A stretch of DNA of 54,488 bases, filler included, from Sphacelaria rigidula (GCA_964200075.2; 3 parts of 3 records of this genome joined end to end with filler, not necessarily neighbours in it); one strand, 5' to 3'. Shown: positions 11,351-24,173, counted from the first letter of the whole stretch. Made by a program: numbers and translations. The notes: generated by a model not told the origin, from the sequence alone.

Positions 11351-13063
11351 CAAGGGTAGGTCGAGTAGAGTGTGTACTATTTAGTACTCGAATAAAATAT
11401 TCAAGTATTCACTCTGCTCGACGTTTGAGTAGGTCGAGTATGGCCTCAAATTCTCTACTCAAATTTTGAGTAGGTCGAGTGCGACCTCAAATATTCTACT
11501 CAAATATTGAGTAAGCACTCTCAGTGATACTTGAGTATAGAGTATCACTTGAGTATTACCTCAATACTCTACTCAAAATTCGAGTACGTCGAGTATGGTC
11601 TCAAATACTCTACTCAAAATTCGAGTACGTTAAGTACGGCTCCCAATACTCTACTCGATTTTTGAGTAGGTCGAGTATGGTCTCAAATACTCTACTCAAA
11701 TATTGAGTAAGTACTCCCAGTAATACTCGAGTATAGAGTATGACTTGAGTATCACCTCAATACTCTACTCAAAATTTGAGTAGGTCGAGTATGGTCTCAA
11801 ATACTCTACTCAAATTTTGAGTAGGTTGAGTACGACCTCAAATACTTTACTCAACTTTTGAGTAAGTTTTCTCAGTAATGCTTGAGTATAGAGTACCTCT
11901 GACAGTTGGCGACTTCGTGACGTCAGTTCACAGGTGATGTTGAATGCATGGGCGAACGATGGCCATCAATTAGATGGGCGGCAATATATCACAGCCAACA
12001 AGGAGTACGAGCGAATGATGGCCATAAAAAAATCAAGAAGCGTGCAGGTGAACGAACCTACTTGCCCCAGTGCCCTATCTCACCAGCCCCCACCCACAGC
12101 AGTTCGTACTCGATACCTCTTAACACCTTCGATATCACTTTCAGTACAGAGCGCTACTCATCATCATCGAGTAATCGAGTAATCGAATAGTCGAATAGTC
12201 GAGTAGTCGAGTAGTCGAGTAGTCGAGTAGGTATTATCAAAAAATGAGCGACTCTACTGGCCACGGTTTGACGAGGCATTTTGACCTTGAATCAACTCTC
12301 ATCATGGGTGGGCAGCTCTAGGAATACCTCGGTATTTCCTCTAGCCGAGTTTGAGTATCTTGCGTACGAACTTGAATATTGAAGTTGAGGTTATAGGTTT
12401 TTGGTACATCGGACCCGGCCTCAGATACTCCACTCAATTTTTAAGTAGGTCGAGTACGGGCTCGATACTCTACTCAAATTGCAAGTAGGCCGAGTACGGC
12501 CTCCCATACTCTACTCAAAGTTTGAGTACGTTGAGTACGGCCTCCAATACTCTACTCAAAGTTTGAGTAGGTCGAGTACGACCTCCAATACTCTACTCAA
12601 ATTTTGAGTAGGTCGAGTATGACCTCAAATACTCTACTCAAATATTGAGTAAGCATTCTCAGTGATACTTGAGTAAAGAGTATCACTTGAGTATCATCTC
12701 AATACTCTACTCAAATTCTGAGAATGTCGAATACGGCCTCAAATACTCTACTCAAATTTTGAGTAGGCTGATTATGGTCTCAAATACTCTACTCAAATTT
12801 TGAGTAGGTCGAGTACGACCTCAAATACTCTACTCAAATATCGAGTAAGCACTCTCAGTGATACTTGAGTATAGAGTGTCACTTGAGTATCACCTCAATA
12901 CTCTACTCAAAATTTGAGTACGTTGAGTATGGTCTCAAATACTCTACTCAAATTTCGAGTACGTTGAGTACGGCTCCCAATACTCTACTCAAATTTTGAG
13001 TACTAAAAGTATGACTCTTCAAAAATACTGAGTATTGAGTATACTCTACTCGACCTACCCTTG
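11351..13063 (-). mobile_element. Non-autonomous hAT-type element (copy 2), inverted relative to copy 1
   Basis: TIRs caagggtaggtcgagtagag / ctctactcgacctacccttg; 8-bp TSD aattcatc/aatttatc (1 mismatch); same arrays and same unique core as 1260-3245 in reverse complement. Confidence 0.9.
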
Positions 13064-13760
13064 AATTTATCAGTCAATGTATGTCAGCTCAGTTTCGATG
13101 AAAAACATCGCACGATAAAACGAAATTAATTGAACGTGTTCGTGACAGGATATGTTTTGCCTTCGATCTATACATTTTCACACATGCGCTTTGTCCATAT
13201 GTTGTTCGCGCAATGCGTGCCGACTCGCCTCTTCTGTCAGCCTATTGCTCAGTCTTTCTATGTTGTACACCGCGCGGCGTATTGTAGGGAAGGCGACCAC
13301 CATGATGCCGACCTCTCTACAGCGTGATGTTGACGAACCCGGCGGTCGTTCCTACAACGAGGCGTGACTGTCAATATCCCATAGCATGGTGGTCAGGGTC
13401 GGCTGATTTCTATAATCTTGTTCCGGTGGCAAAACCCGCCGTTTGTATACGCTGGGGTGTGTGTTCACATGAGTTCACGGAATCACTGGCATGATATGTC
13501 TCCCTGACAAAAACCTTATGCATAAGTACTTCTTGATGAGCAAGTCAGTGTGCTCGGACGCGCGTGAAAAATGCTGCGTGCTCATGTTGTGCGTACGGTC
13601 TGCATCGAAGACTTCGATGCGACTCTTCGATGCCCCAACGTTGCTGTTACGTTTTTTCAAAATCATGAACGTGTCTCTTTTCAAAGCTCGTTGCACGATG
13701 TGCGTGCTGACTCATCCCCCGGCGGTATCCATAAATGATCCTTCTCAAAACCGTGGACAG

Positions 13761-13850
13761 GTTGGGCGGGAGGACGGGGAAGAGATTCGACAGCATGCGT
13801 TAGGGGCAGCGAAGGACATGAGGGCAGATAGCGCTGGAGCTCTCGTTCAA
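13761..13850 (+). CDS. PA-domain end exon
   Basis: gacag|GTT and CAA|gtaagt; VGREDGEEIRQHAL completes the PA domain (V-x-x-x-DG-x-x-I). Confidence 0.8.
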
Positions 13851-13884
13851 GTAAGTGCGTTTCTCCTTATCCTTGCACTCGCTC

Positions 13885-14195
13885 AGGGGGGTGTACTCAC
13901 GATATTGCATGCCATAGTCGTATGACCATTGACAGCGCATCCCTACAAAGCTGAGACAGAGCACACCGGGTTATCGCTGGACCAGACTCGCAATCAATCA
14001 CCAAGCGCGAAGCGCCGTGGTGTGCTCGGCGAGTCGCATGGAGGGTGAGCTGCATCTTGCTAAGATTGTTCGGTCCGAAGCCTACTGATTACCTTGAATT
14101 TGGATGACGGCTTACAATAAGTTGCTTATTCTGTGGTATCGTGACTTCCAGAGACATCCACGGCTCATGCACTCGCCTCATGGGTGTCTCACTAT
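13885..14195 (+). repeat. Interspersed repeat family 3 (unclassified)
   Basis: catccctacaaagc…aatcaccaagcgcgaagc…gctgcatc.tgc.aagattgtt…acttccag matches 53925-54245; partial copies at 300-380, 36170-36294 (-) and 36430-36545 (-). Confidence 0.7.
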
Positions 14196-14931
14196 TTGAA
14201 GACTACGTAGCACGATCACCTCCTTTGCGCGGAGTCGAGGTTCTCCCACATCACACAATTTGATGTTGCTCGACCACCATCATGGCTACCGCAAAAAACG
14301 CGAGGACGCAAAAAAATCGATAACCTAGCTGCGACGCAGTAAGTGGCGTGTTTTACAGCGTCATCGCCAACCGGCGCCAACCCTATAGTGGCGTCCGCTG
14401 AGGGGAAGGGGCCGACTCTGAGGCGGATAAGGACACTTCGTGTACGCTGTTCCGGTCGCTCCTAGGTATACGTGTCCTGTTCTTCGCGCATCAATCAGAA
14501 TGTTGCAGCATATTCAGGATATTGATTCGAGAGTGTCGGCACCGTTAACGGAGAGCTCCCCACATGCCAACACGCAAACAGAGTTGGAGATCCTGCTGAA
14601 CGTTTCTTGTAGGCCAACGAGGACTTTCATCATTTGGAGTAAAACATACATCGTCGGTGTCACATTACACGGCGGCGGGTTCATGTTTGACCATCATTAG
14701 ATGCCCCCCCCCTTGCGTAAAACAGCGGCCTATGTTTCGTTCTGCGTCGGAAGCTGCCCATGTCGGGTACAGTGCACTGGTGGAACAGCAACATGCCACA
14801 GGCAGAGCAGCAGGATGCCAGTGCTCTGTGGATATCCTTGTCAATCAACTCCGTAGCATTGCGCTGCCTGTATGCTCACTTGCGTTACTTGTGGGGCCAT
14901 GTGTTTGGTTCGCTGCTCGTATGTGTTACAG

Positions 14932-15186
14932 GTGACGCTTGACGTGGTAACGATGCACCAGAGCTTGTACTATCGTCTTGCCATTAAAAAAGCACTCGCG
15001 AAGGCGTTCCGAGATAAAGGGGTTCCAGCAGATCGCTCAGCTGGTTCTCGAGATGCGGACCACGGGCCAAGTCTGGGTCCAGATAGTGACATTAAGGTGC
15101 CAGGCTACAGCGATGGGTTTGTGCAGGGCATGCGGGGCGCGCCGTTCGCTTATCCGAGGATGAAGGGTGAAGATGGAGAAGTCGAG
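14932..15186 (+). CDS. PA-domain protein gene, penultimate exon
   Basis: ttacag|GTG and GAG|gtatgc; 85 open codons VTLDVVTMHQSLYYRLAIKKALAKAF...EDGEVE, phase 0/0. Confidence 0.75.
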
Positions 15187-15558
15187 GTATGCGACGTCGC
15201 AAATGAGAGAAGTGAATGCACCTCACAGCCCAGAAACTTTACCTGATTAGGCATCTTCCCTCTCTGCACTCGACAGTCAACGTCATTCCCCATGCCGCTC
15301 TCCTTGTATCCGATTGACCCTGTTTTGTACTGGAGCCTATCCTCGTCGACCAATGGTGCGACGTCAATTCACTTCCACGCGTTGGTCCCAAGGCCCCCTC
15401 CGCGCCCAGTGCGCGCTCGTATGTTGCAGCAAGGAGACACGGCCAGTTTTACCAAATGCACGAACGTGTGACATAGATCTACTCAAGACTTGGTATTCTT
15501 TTGAAAAACACAAGCACACACATCAACCCTCACTTCCACACAAATTCACCGTCTGCAG

Positions 15559-15726
15559 GTGATGGGTAGAGGACATTGGGGGATCGTCTTGAAGCGCCTG
15601 AACGGCAAGGACTGGGACCTACAGCTTGTGCAAAATCACTTGAACCCACCCCCCAAGCGCAAAAAGAATCGCAAAATGGATGCCTTCCGACGGACTGGCG
15701 AAGATACGGAAGCCGGGGGAAAATAG
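15559..15726 (+). CDS. PA-domain protein gene, terminal exon
   Basis: ctgcag|GTG; VMGRGHWGIVLKRLNGKDWDLQLVQ...EAGGK then TAG. Confidence 0.7.
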   Translation: MMGRGHWGIVLKRLNGKDWDLQLVQNHLNPPPKRKKNRKMDAFRRTGEDTEAGGK

Positions 15727-18098
15727 ACGTGATGCTTCGGACCTCGCAAGAGACTGTTCGGTAGGGTAGAACCACGCCTCGTGATCAGAAGACGCCTCGT
15801 AATCAGTGGAGATGTTTCTCTTCTACCCGAGTGTCTAGTCAAGTGGTGTGGACCGCAAGGTGTTCGAGGCCATGCGCTCGTATGTTGATCAAGGGTATGT
15901 GGTTAGACTGGGAAGTGTAATCCGTAGTATTGTGCAGTGTGCTATTCCGTCTACGTTTTGCCGATACCCTTCCTCGCTACCCCGTGTAGGCCCAGCCGCG
16001 GTTCTGCATCCGTGATAACATGTTTTCAATAAGGGTGATTAGAAATGCACGTTGCAGCCTTGACTACATGTGATAGGGGGCAAGACATCTACCGGTGTGC
16101 CCAATTTCAGGTGGAGTACTGTTGTCAGGATATTTCCGAATCCGCCTGGGACACGAGCTATTCCCATCAAGATTTGCAAGATTCCTTCACCGTTGCTCTT
16201 CTCAGGGCATGAAAAAGTGTAAGGAGTATGCCTCATATCCATACACGCTGGGATCGAGGCCACCACAAGGCTGTGCCCCGAATCACCCGCTGACTCTTAC
16301 CTCCGAACAGTACGCGCACCCGCCGTCACGCAAGTGTCGACTCGGGGGCAGACATTGTGCATATCCGTCTGAGTAATCTTCGCGCAACGCACAGGAGGTT
16401 TCGATTTTGATAAGTTTTCCAATAAGACCTCGAGAAGATACAAGAATGATGTAGTAGCCGCTGACCCCTGAGTCGTCCCCTGTGCTGAGTTATGTCTGCC
16501 CCTTGGACATTCCTTAGATAGCTGTACTTACTTGAGCGTTGGAAGCTGTTCCTCTTGAAAGCTTTTCGTTTTTGTTGTTCTCCTCCCACCGTCTGTACCG
16601 ATCAACAGGTGCCTAATCGTTCCCCCTCTCAACCCCAAAACTGAGCAAGCGCAATACCTTTGTAGGCGGTTGTGACGTTTTTTCGTGGGCGTGGCTTTAC
16701 ATCCGACAGGAGCAAAGTGGAGATCCACTGGATTCCTATATTGCATTGCGATCCAACGGATGTTTCCTGTCCAAGCGGTCGTCAAACCCAACTAGAAGTG
16801 ATCCGCAGCCCCCAGCTCGTATATCGTCGGGGTGGGGCAAAAGGAATGGTACACACCACACCGTGTTATACGCCTCGGTTTCAAGGTTCGGGAATGGAGG
16901 GAGGAGAGGTTAGCCAACTACTCAACTTTACGATGAAATCGGTGAAATAGTGCGTTTAGTGTGCCGCCGGGTATGATTGATTCGTTTCCGTGTGGGTAAC
17001 ATTCTCCTTGATTCTCGTGTGGGGTCAGGTAACAACTAGGCTGCAGTGCGCGCCGAAGATGTACTTGAGAGCAGCGCAAGCGTACAATATCGTCATCACC
17101 CCAAAAACGAGGTATACGTGTGTTAGTCGTGAAGAAGTCGGGAGAAGTCAAGCATGTTCTCAAAGATTGGCATGAGTTGCCGGAGCGGGATGACGTTGCT
17201 ACGCCAACTCGCCCGCGACAAGGCAAAGATTGCCTACCTGACGATGGTGTCGCTCATGTAAGTCGTACGTCGAGTTGAAATACAATCGTGTGCCAGGTAC
17301 CATGCAATTTGTCAAGTGCATTCAACGACGCAAGTTCCGGTTTGGCGAACGTATATTCCACATATAATCCGTATATGTCCTGGAAATCCCGGCGTCCTCT
17401 TTGGACACAGACCACACACACATTTTCATATGTCATTGTATATGGTGTGTATGCGTAGATCCCAAGCTCCTGTGGAAGCGTGGGTCTTTGTCAGTGAAAG
17501 TAGACGATAGGTGTCCCGTATCGTTTTATTGGCATGTGCGACTCTTCGATCGGTTGACTCTCAACGCCTAATATCAGCTCACAGAGGGAATTTCGTGACC
17601 CGTGATGTGCCTCTGTGTAGAAAGTTCCAGTTTTCAAATTGGTTGTTGTCTCAGGCTATTTCAGATTCGGCATTAGATTTCTGTGACAGAAAACAGTCTT
17701 GTTTTTTTCGGAATACTTTGAAAAAACGAGGAGAACTTTTAAAAAAACGAGCAGAGCATCTCGAAAAACTGCTGAAACCATGACCCCATCATCTGGAGTA
17801 CAAGGTAGTGCACTCAAGACGGGACAGTTTTGCAGTGGTGTATGGAGTACAGAGTACTACACCCAACACAAAACAACACAGCAGTTCTGCAGCATCACGA
17901 GAAATCACGCGCCGTTCTAATCGCGTTCCGCACGAGAAGGAGAAGAAGCAACAGCAGCAGTATCAGCAGCATTTTTACTGTCAGTAGATGTACGCGGCTG
18001 GGAGTGGGTCTTAATCAGCCGGCGCCGATTTGTGTGTGTGTCAGCGCTGTCCAGCACGGTGGCTATCACTCGCAAGGTGCGTGGGTGTTGTCGCATGG

Positions 18099-18198
18099 NN
18101 NNNNNNNNNNNNNNNNNNNNNNNNNNNNNNNNNNNNNNNNNNTTAATTAATTAANNNNNNNNNNNNNNNNNNNNNNNNNNNNNNNNNNNNNNNNNNNN
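18099..18198. other. Artificial contig linker (N44-TTAATTAATTAA-N44)
   Basis: Exactly 100 nt, with a six-frame stop cassette. Confidence 0.97.
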
Positions 18199-19237
18199 TG
18201 GGTTTTGTTTTGGTGTTGTTGTTGGGTGGGGGTGGGTGGGGGGGGGGGGGGGGGGGGAAGGGGTCGCAGGAGATTACGAAGATTACGAAGATGGCCGAAT
18301 CAAACCAAGTACATGCTCCTCCCCGAAGGAATATATAGGGAGTTAGGTCGCTTTCATGTATGATCGAAGCTGGCGTGCGGCAGAGATATCGAGGATCACC
18401 TCGCTTCGTTCCGTGCACCAGGTGGTATAAGGTCACTCTTTGACCACGAAGCGCCGGATTTTGATCGGGAGCTGTATCGTATTCGCTAACACTTTATATT
18501 TGTTGCGCTACCAATCGCCTCAAACCCAGACTTCTACGGTGAGGAGGCAGGGAGAACGCAAGTGGGGCACTGCCATTCCTCCCCAGCGTCACCAACAGCA
18601 CAGAACCCTGCCGTTTCTCCTGCCAGCAACCTTCACCACTCCCACTCCCATAATAACCATAAACACCAATACCACACTTTACCACCGCCACCCGAGCTGA
18701 ATTCTCAACAACATCGTTTTCAGCATCAGGATGGCAACCCACTAATTTTTGTGTGTTGATGCATTCACGTGGGCAAAAAATAGTGAACGGTGCTCTGTTT
18801 TCCAACTTCTAAAAGTGGGTATAATGCAGCGAACACAACACAACACGGCACAGCAGAGAACAGCACGATTCAGCGAACATTGCAGCGCAGCGAACAATGC
18901 AGTACAGTACAGCATGCAACAAAAGGGATAACGCATTCACCAAATTACACACGCACACAAATTGTGCAGCAAATCCTCGATATTTTCCTGATAGCGTTTC
19001 GGCTAATGAAGTCTTCCCATCTATATAGACATCGGGCAGACGAGGTACTTATAGCCTCTGCCAGAGACAAAGTATACATCCGATCGTTCACGCATGCATA
19101 CCAATAAGCTGTCCAAATGTTACCCCACATCATTCAACGTTTTTTGCGTAAACCCGAAGCGCGAAAACTCGCTTGTTATGCTGTCCCTCCCGGGTCACTT
19201 TGCCTAGATCTTTACTGACTGCTACAATATTATTCAC

Positions 19238-19441
19238 CTGTGATCGCAGGTTCTCCGCCTGGCTCAAAACATCTCGTACAAGGGCATGCAAATTCTGCTG
19301 CGAGCTAAGGAGGGCTGCGTGGTGTGAGGCCAACCGCCGGACCGAATTCAGCGTGTGGAATATCTCTGGCCAGTCGTCATTCGCCAAAGAGACCAGTGCC
19401 CGTTGCAGCTCTTGCGTTGGATTTGGCGAGGGTCGAATGTC
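19238..19441 (-). CDS. TOGARAM1: TOG-array (crescerin/TOGARAM/FAM179-like) gene, last visible exon; start of a C-terminal TOG domain
   Basis: tag|GAC and CAG|gtgaat; DIRPSPNPTQELQRALVSLANDDWPEIFHTLNSVRRLASHH…AENLRSQ, with the LxxxDW and NLRS motifs of crescerin/CLASP-type TOG. Confidence 0.8.
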
Positions 19442-20035
19442 CTACATCACACAATACGGCGGAAGCCAGAGGGGTGGGAGGGAGGGATGGGGGGGGGGGG
19501 GCTGGGTGGATCACGTTTGGCGAGGAAATGTTGGAATTTGATAAAAAATCAGTTCCGACTATACACATTCGAGACTAGCGGTAAAACCAGTGGTGGCTGC
19601 CCCTGAGTCGATCATTACTGAAAACGATGTTGACATGGCTACTTTTCCACAATGATTATCTACGGTAACTCAGGTTGTGGTTTACCAGTATCTGGATATG
19701 ATGTTTCAAATCCAGGTGCCTGTTTACAGAGCACAGTTTCTTTCAATCATCTGCCGTTTAAAAATGCGATCTGTACATCTAGAGCTATTATCGGCCATTT
19801 TATGCTGTACCTGTAGCTACTGTATTGCTAATCAAATTCTCTCACTCTCCAGTCTACAGGCAGGCGCGATTGTCAATTTCCAACGACAAGGAATTACGGA
19901 CCAAGCACAAATCCGAGAAGCATTAAAAAAACACAGTGGGCGTGAAAGGTTTGTGACCTACGCTATTTGAAAATTAGTGCTTGTCGGAAACGATTTCAAC
20001 GTATGTGACTAGAGGATGAACGCCATTCATGGTAT

Positions 20036-20279
20036 CTGGTGGGTTGTGCTGTAATGCGTGAGAGGACCGCGTGCTTAGAGGACCGCGCCGTAGTTCGAAA
20101 CACCTCAGGATCGACGTTTTTCAAATCCAGTCGAGCCAGTTCCTGAAGGGACCACGCCCCTGACTCTAACCCCAACACTGACCCTAACCCTAACCCTAAC
20201 CCTAACCATGGGGGTGTTCAAATTCCGATGCGATCCTCTAAGCACGCGGTCCTCTCACGCATTATAGTGCGACCACCGG
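20036..20279. mobile_element. MITE with ~65-bp TIRs and an internal (CCCTAA)n tract
   Basis: taatgcgtgagaggaccgcgtgcttagagga / tcctctaagcacgcggtcctctcacgcatta; direct flanks ggtat (20031-35, 20280-84); ccctaa repeats at ~20180-20207. Confidence 0.8.
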
Positions 20280-20689
20280 GGTATGCAATACACTCGATTG
20301 TATCACATGTCGAGCGAAGGGAGTTCATTAATTGTTTTCCGTCAAACGATGTGCCCTCACTCGTTACAACGCACGTACGCAGTGCATACGAAAACCCAGT
20401 TTTTCATGACGTGTGTGCTGGCGTGACTCAACGTCCGCGGAACAGGAGAATACCAATTGTTCTGCGTACTATTAACAGGAATTCGGCTGAGTTTCAGAGT
20501 CATCATAATAAATACGGTATCGCAGGTAGCTACTCCTCCGTCCGGGGTATACAACAGTATATCGCAGTGTTGTCTCTGACGTGAGCTTCTAAATGTGCTG
20601 ATTTCGCCATTCCGCGTCTTGAGTCAACGGAGAAATGGTGATATATTGCGGGGTAGCGCAATTATGTGTTGTTATGGCACTTTAGTCCG

Positions 20690-21370
20690 AGACACTGCGC
20701 CCTGATGGTCTAAATTAAAATGGTCCGACTGACACCATTAGGGCGGAGACAAGCTGAGTTCGATTCCCGCCAGATGCGCTGGTTTTTCTCTTGAAAAATC
20801 TTATATACACCGACGAAAGCGTGCTGGTGTGACTAGACGCAATGCAGCTCAAGAAGTATGTTTGACGAGAGGTGATGCGGTGCGGGAGTGTTGGTCATGG
20901 TTCAATCAGCAAGGCCAAAATGAAAAGACATGTACCGGGGAGAGAGATTGGTTGATCCCTCGAGACCACGGACTCGTCTCGAGGACGGGGGGGGGGGGGG
21001 GTGGTATGGGTGTGACAAAAAAGCAAACAGCCACTCCCTGCTGATCTAATGATCCAGTGGCACGGCAAAAGCAGATTCGCGTCCCGCGAGATGCGTTTGA
21101 GGTTTTGCTTTGGAACATTAGATATGTTGTGTCGGTGAAAGCGGGAGGAGGTTAGCAGTACGAAGAGTTAGTTCGATTGAGTGTGTTTAGGTAGAGTCGA
21201 CACGGTGCGGGAGCGCTGATGGTCATGATCCAACCTATGAGACGAAAATGCATGGGTTGCCCGGGGGAAGAGACCGGTTGATCTTTTGAGGTCACCGATG
21301 ACTCCTCCCGAAGAAAAGGAAGGGATAACAGTGGTGTGACGAGAAAAAAACGACAAAAAACAGGTACAGA
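20690..21370 (+). mobile_element. Two adjacent copies of repeat/SINE family 2
   Basis: Head tgatggtctaaa…gagttcgattcc, then two copies of the family-2 core (from about 20810 and 21130). Confidence 0.6.
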
Positions 21371-21621
21371 GGTCGCGATCGCATGGTTGCTAGGTGTCGA
21401 CCAGCCGTTCACCGATAGCGAGTCCTGTGTTCGATAATCGGCCCAGACCCGCAATACTTGCGGTCCCTTTGGTACTTGGTAGGAACATTACCCTTTTAAG
21501 CCCTCGCTCTCGCTATTGCATAACAAATATGGCAAGTCGAAAAATGGGAAGGACTCGTGGGGGAAAATTCCATGTCCTTGCCATTCCGCCGTACCCCATC
21601 GGCACACCACTCTGTTCTCAC

Positions 21622-21786
21622 CTCCGCTGTGAGGTAATCGAACGAATCACCCCTTAGTGCAGAGTTGGGTGACGGTGGGATGACTGTTGCTCCCACCCCT
21701 GTCGGTGACCTCGCGCTTTCTCTACCGCCCGCACCCGTCCTCATGGCGCTCCGGCGTGTCACGTTCATAAGATCTAAGTCTTTCTG
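21622..21786 (-). CDS. TOGARAM1: TOGARAM-like gene exon (end of linker)
   Basis: ttcag|CAG and GAG|gtgaga; ends …GDSFDYLTAE and joins DIRP in phase 0. Confidence 0.7.
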
Positions 21787-22239
21787 CTGAAGCACGTCAC
21801 GTTTGAAAGACGAAGCAGGTTGAACTAGTCATGAAGTCCAAACTCCAACACGTTCCTAGCGGAACGTGGACTCCTTGAACCACTTCAGCTTGAAGGAGGG
21901 GGACATCGATTACACCGGTATTAGCTACCGCGTGATAGAGGGATGGACTGAAAAACTGTAACAGCTCATTCGCTTACGGTCAAGGGGTTTGCACAATGGG
22001 ATGGGAAGGAGGAGGGTGTACACGCACGAACACACGCGCGCGCGCGCGCGCGCATGCACACACACACAAATATCGCAGTGTACAGTTGGGGACAGGAGAG
22101 TTGCATGAAACACATAAGGTGACGACACAGTGCGGTAGAGGGGGGTCGTACTTGCGAAGGCTAAAAGGCACTGAAACGCGTCGAGGAGTACCTTCCAATC
22201 GCCCATCGGGGGAGTCCTGTATTGTCGTGCAAGCTTCAT

Positions 22240-23620
22240 GTGAGATATGGATATCAATCTGGGGACTCTATCTGGGATCTGCAATGTCAGGATATCCCAC
22301 ATGGACATCTATCTAGGATCTGAGGTCCATCTGCCACAACAGTCTGGGATATGCATATCTTCCTGGAAGCTCTGTCTTCGTCCACGACATATATATATAT
22401 CCATTTGGAATTTCTGTCTGGGATATGGGTTTTCATCTGGGATGCTCACCCGAGATGTTCATCTGGGACGTACACAGGATACATTCCTGTATTCACGTGG
22501 CATAATCATGCTGGATGTCTAACCGGGATAAGGATGATCATCCGGGACCTTCACCTGTGGCATCCGTCTGGCACATGGACATCCCCGTTAGATGCTCAGC
22601 TAGATTTAGGATTCCCAGCTAGATTTGGGATGCCCACCTAGATCTTGGATGCCTCACATGGACATACAGTCGAATATGGAACATCCCCCTGGAACATCTC
22701 ATCTGTCGAGACTGGCTTGACTTGTCGGCGAGTCTTTGCACCAGGTTACCGCTGCTAACCGAAGCCAACCGGAACCTCAACCTTAATTACAGCCCTGGCC
22801 CACACCCGTGAACAACTCATGCACTAGTGACTATACATTGGTGTCAGTATGCACTGGTGGAGAGTCGCCGAGTATGCGCTGTCACCTAGGCTAGCGCGTG
22901 CTGGTTGAGCACCGTGTAGTATGTGCTGAGAGGGTGTCCATATGGGTCTTGCTATTTCCGTCAACGTTGACGTAATCTGTTACATCCGTCAACATTCAGC
23001 ATCCGTTCCACAAGCCCCGCATGGACACAGCAACACATGGAAAACACTCACACAGTCTCTAGCTCTCGTTCAAGTCATCGCACGGAGCAAGCGGACTCGT
23101 AACGGATGAGATACATGCATGATGCATGGTGGCATGCCGCAAGCGTGCTCGCTCTGCCACAAGCATGTATCTCATCCGTTACGGGTCCGTTTGCTCCGTG
23201 CGATGACTTGAACGATAGCTAGAGACTGTGTGAGTGTTTTCCATGTGTTGCTGTGTCCATGCGGGGCTTGTGGGACGGATACTGAACGTTGACGGATGTA
23301 ACAGATTACGTCAACGTTGACGTGAATAGCAAGACCCTATCCATTTCGGCTAGCATGCGTTCTTCGAGTGTGGTGCAGTGTGCGCTGGTAAGATACCCAT
23401 CTTGGTTATCGTGAGCCGATACAATGTTACGCTGTATACGTAGGTATGGATGTCCCAGGTTCATATTCCAACGTTCTCGAAGTCCCACATGTCTACACGT
23501 CCCACACAGATGCAGATGGATATCCCACGTGGATAGCCCAGGTAGACGGCTATACTTCGGAAGAATGATCCAGATGAATATCGTAGGTAGCTACTCACAT
23601 CCTCGAGGCATATTTGACAT
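22240..23620. repeat. Degenerate element with CATCTGG/GATATCC motif arrays of opposite polarity at its two ends, hosting nested MITEs
   Basis: catctgg-rich at 22240-22700 and ccagatg-rich at 23450-23620; same layout at 26190-26900. Confidence 0.45.
22944..23337. mobile_element. Foldback MITE (Tourist/PIF-Harbinger-like) forming a near-perfect 394-nt hairpin
   Basis: Ends gggtcttgctatt / aatagcaagaccc; ~175-bp arms with a few mismatches; 3-bp direct flanks TAT. Confidence 0.85.
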
Positions 23621-24173
23621 GGAACCGAGATTCAAAACGGAGCTTGCTCGATGATGCAAGATTTCCTCCACCGACAGAATATTACGTATCCAATGGATGG
23701 TGGGTTTGAGCGCATAGCTTGTTTTCAATCGCGTGGTGACCAGGCTAAGAAAACAACGGTGGCTCGTATCTAAATGCCATCGTACTTTGACTTCTGTAAA
23801 ATACTGTACGCCATAATGGGGACGCTAGAACACCGTGTTGGAAGGTTTATAGGAATATGTGGAATCGTTGAATCGTATATCAGCGCTGACTCTTTACGGG
23901 CTACTGTCCAATGATGATCCTTCTCCACAAACGTAGTATTTCATTTGTTTCATGCAACAGACAAATCAGATATCCCATGGATGAGTTGCGCTGATGTGCG
24001 GAAGCATACCGATTACAATGCTTTCCCCAGTACAGGTCGAAGATACTGCTGTAGAGAGTAGTTTATAGTTAGCATATAGATATCCACGGCCGCAGGTGTG
24101 GTTGGGCTTCAATATACAACAATATGCCGCAAACCATCAAAACCATATATGTATATATATATACGAAGGGTAC

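Noticed and set aside
15900-17300. Coding-like composition downstream of the PA gene
   Set aside because: Short ORFs in all frames with no recognisable domain; could be 3' UTR or a decayed element
20176-20207. Chromosome end or true telomere
   Set aside because: Only about four to five units, internal to a TIR element within an intron
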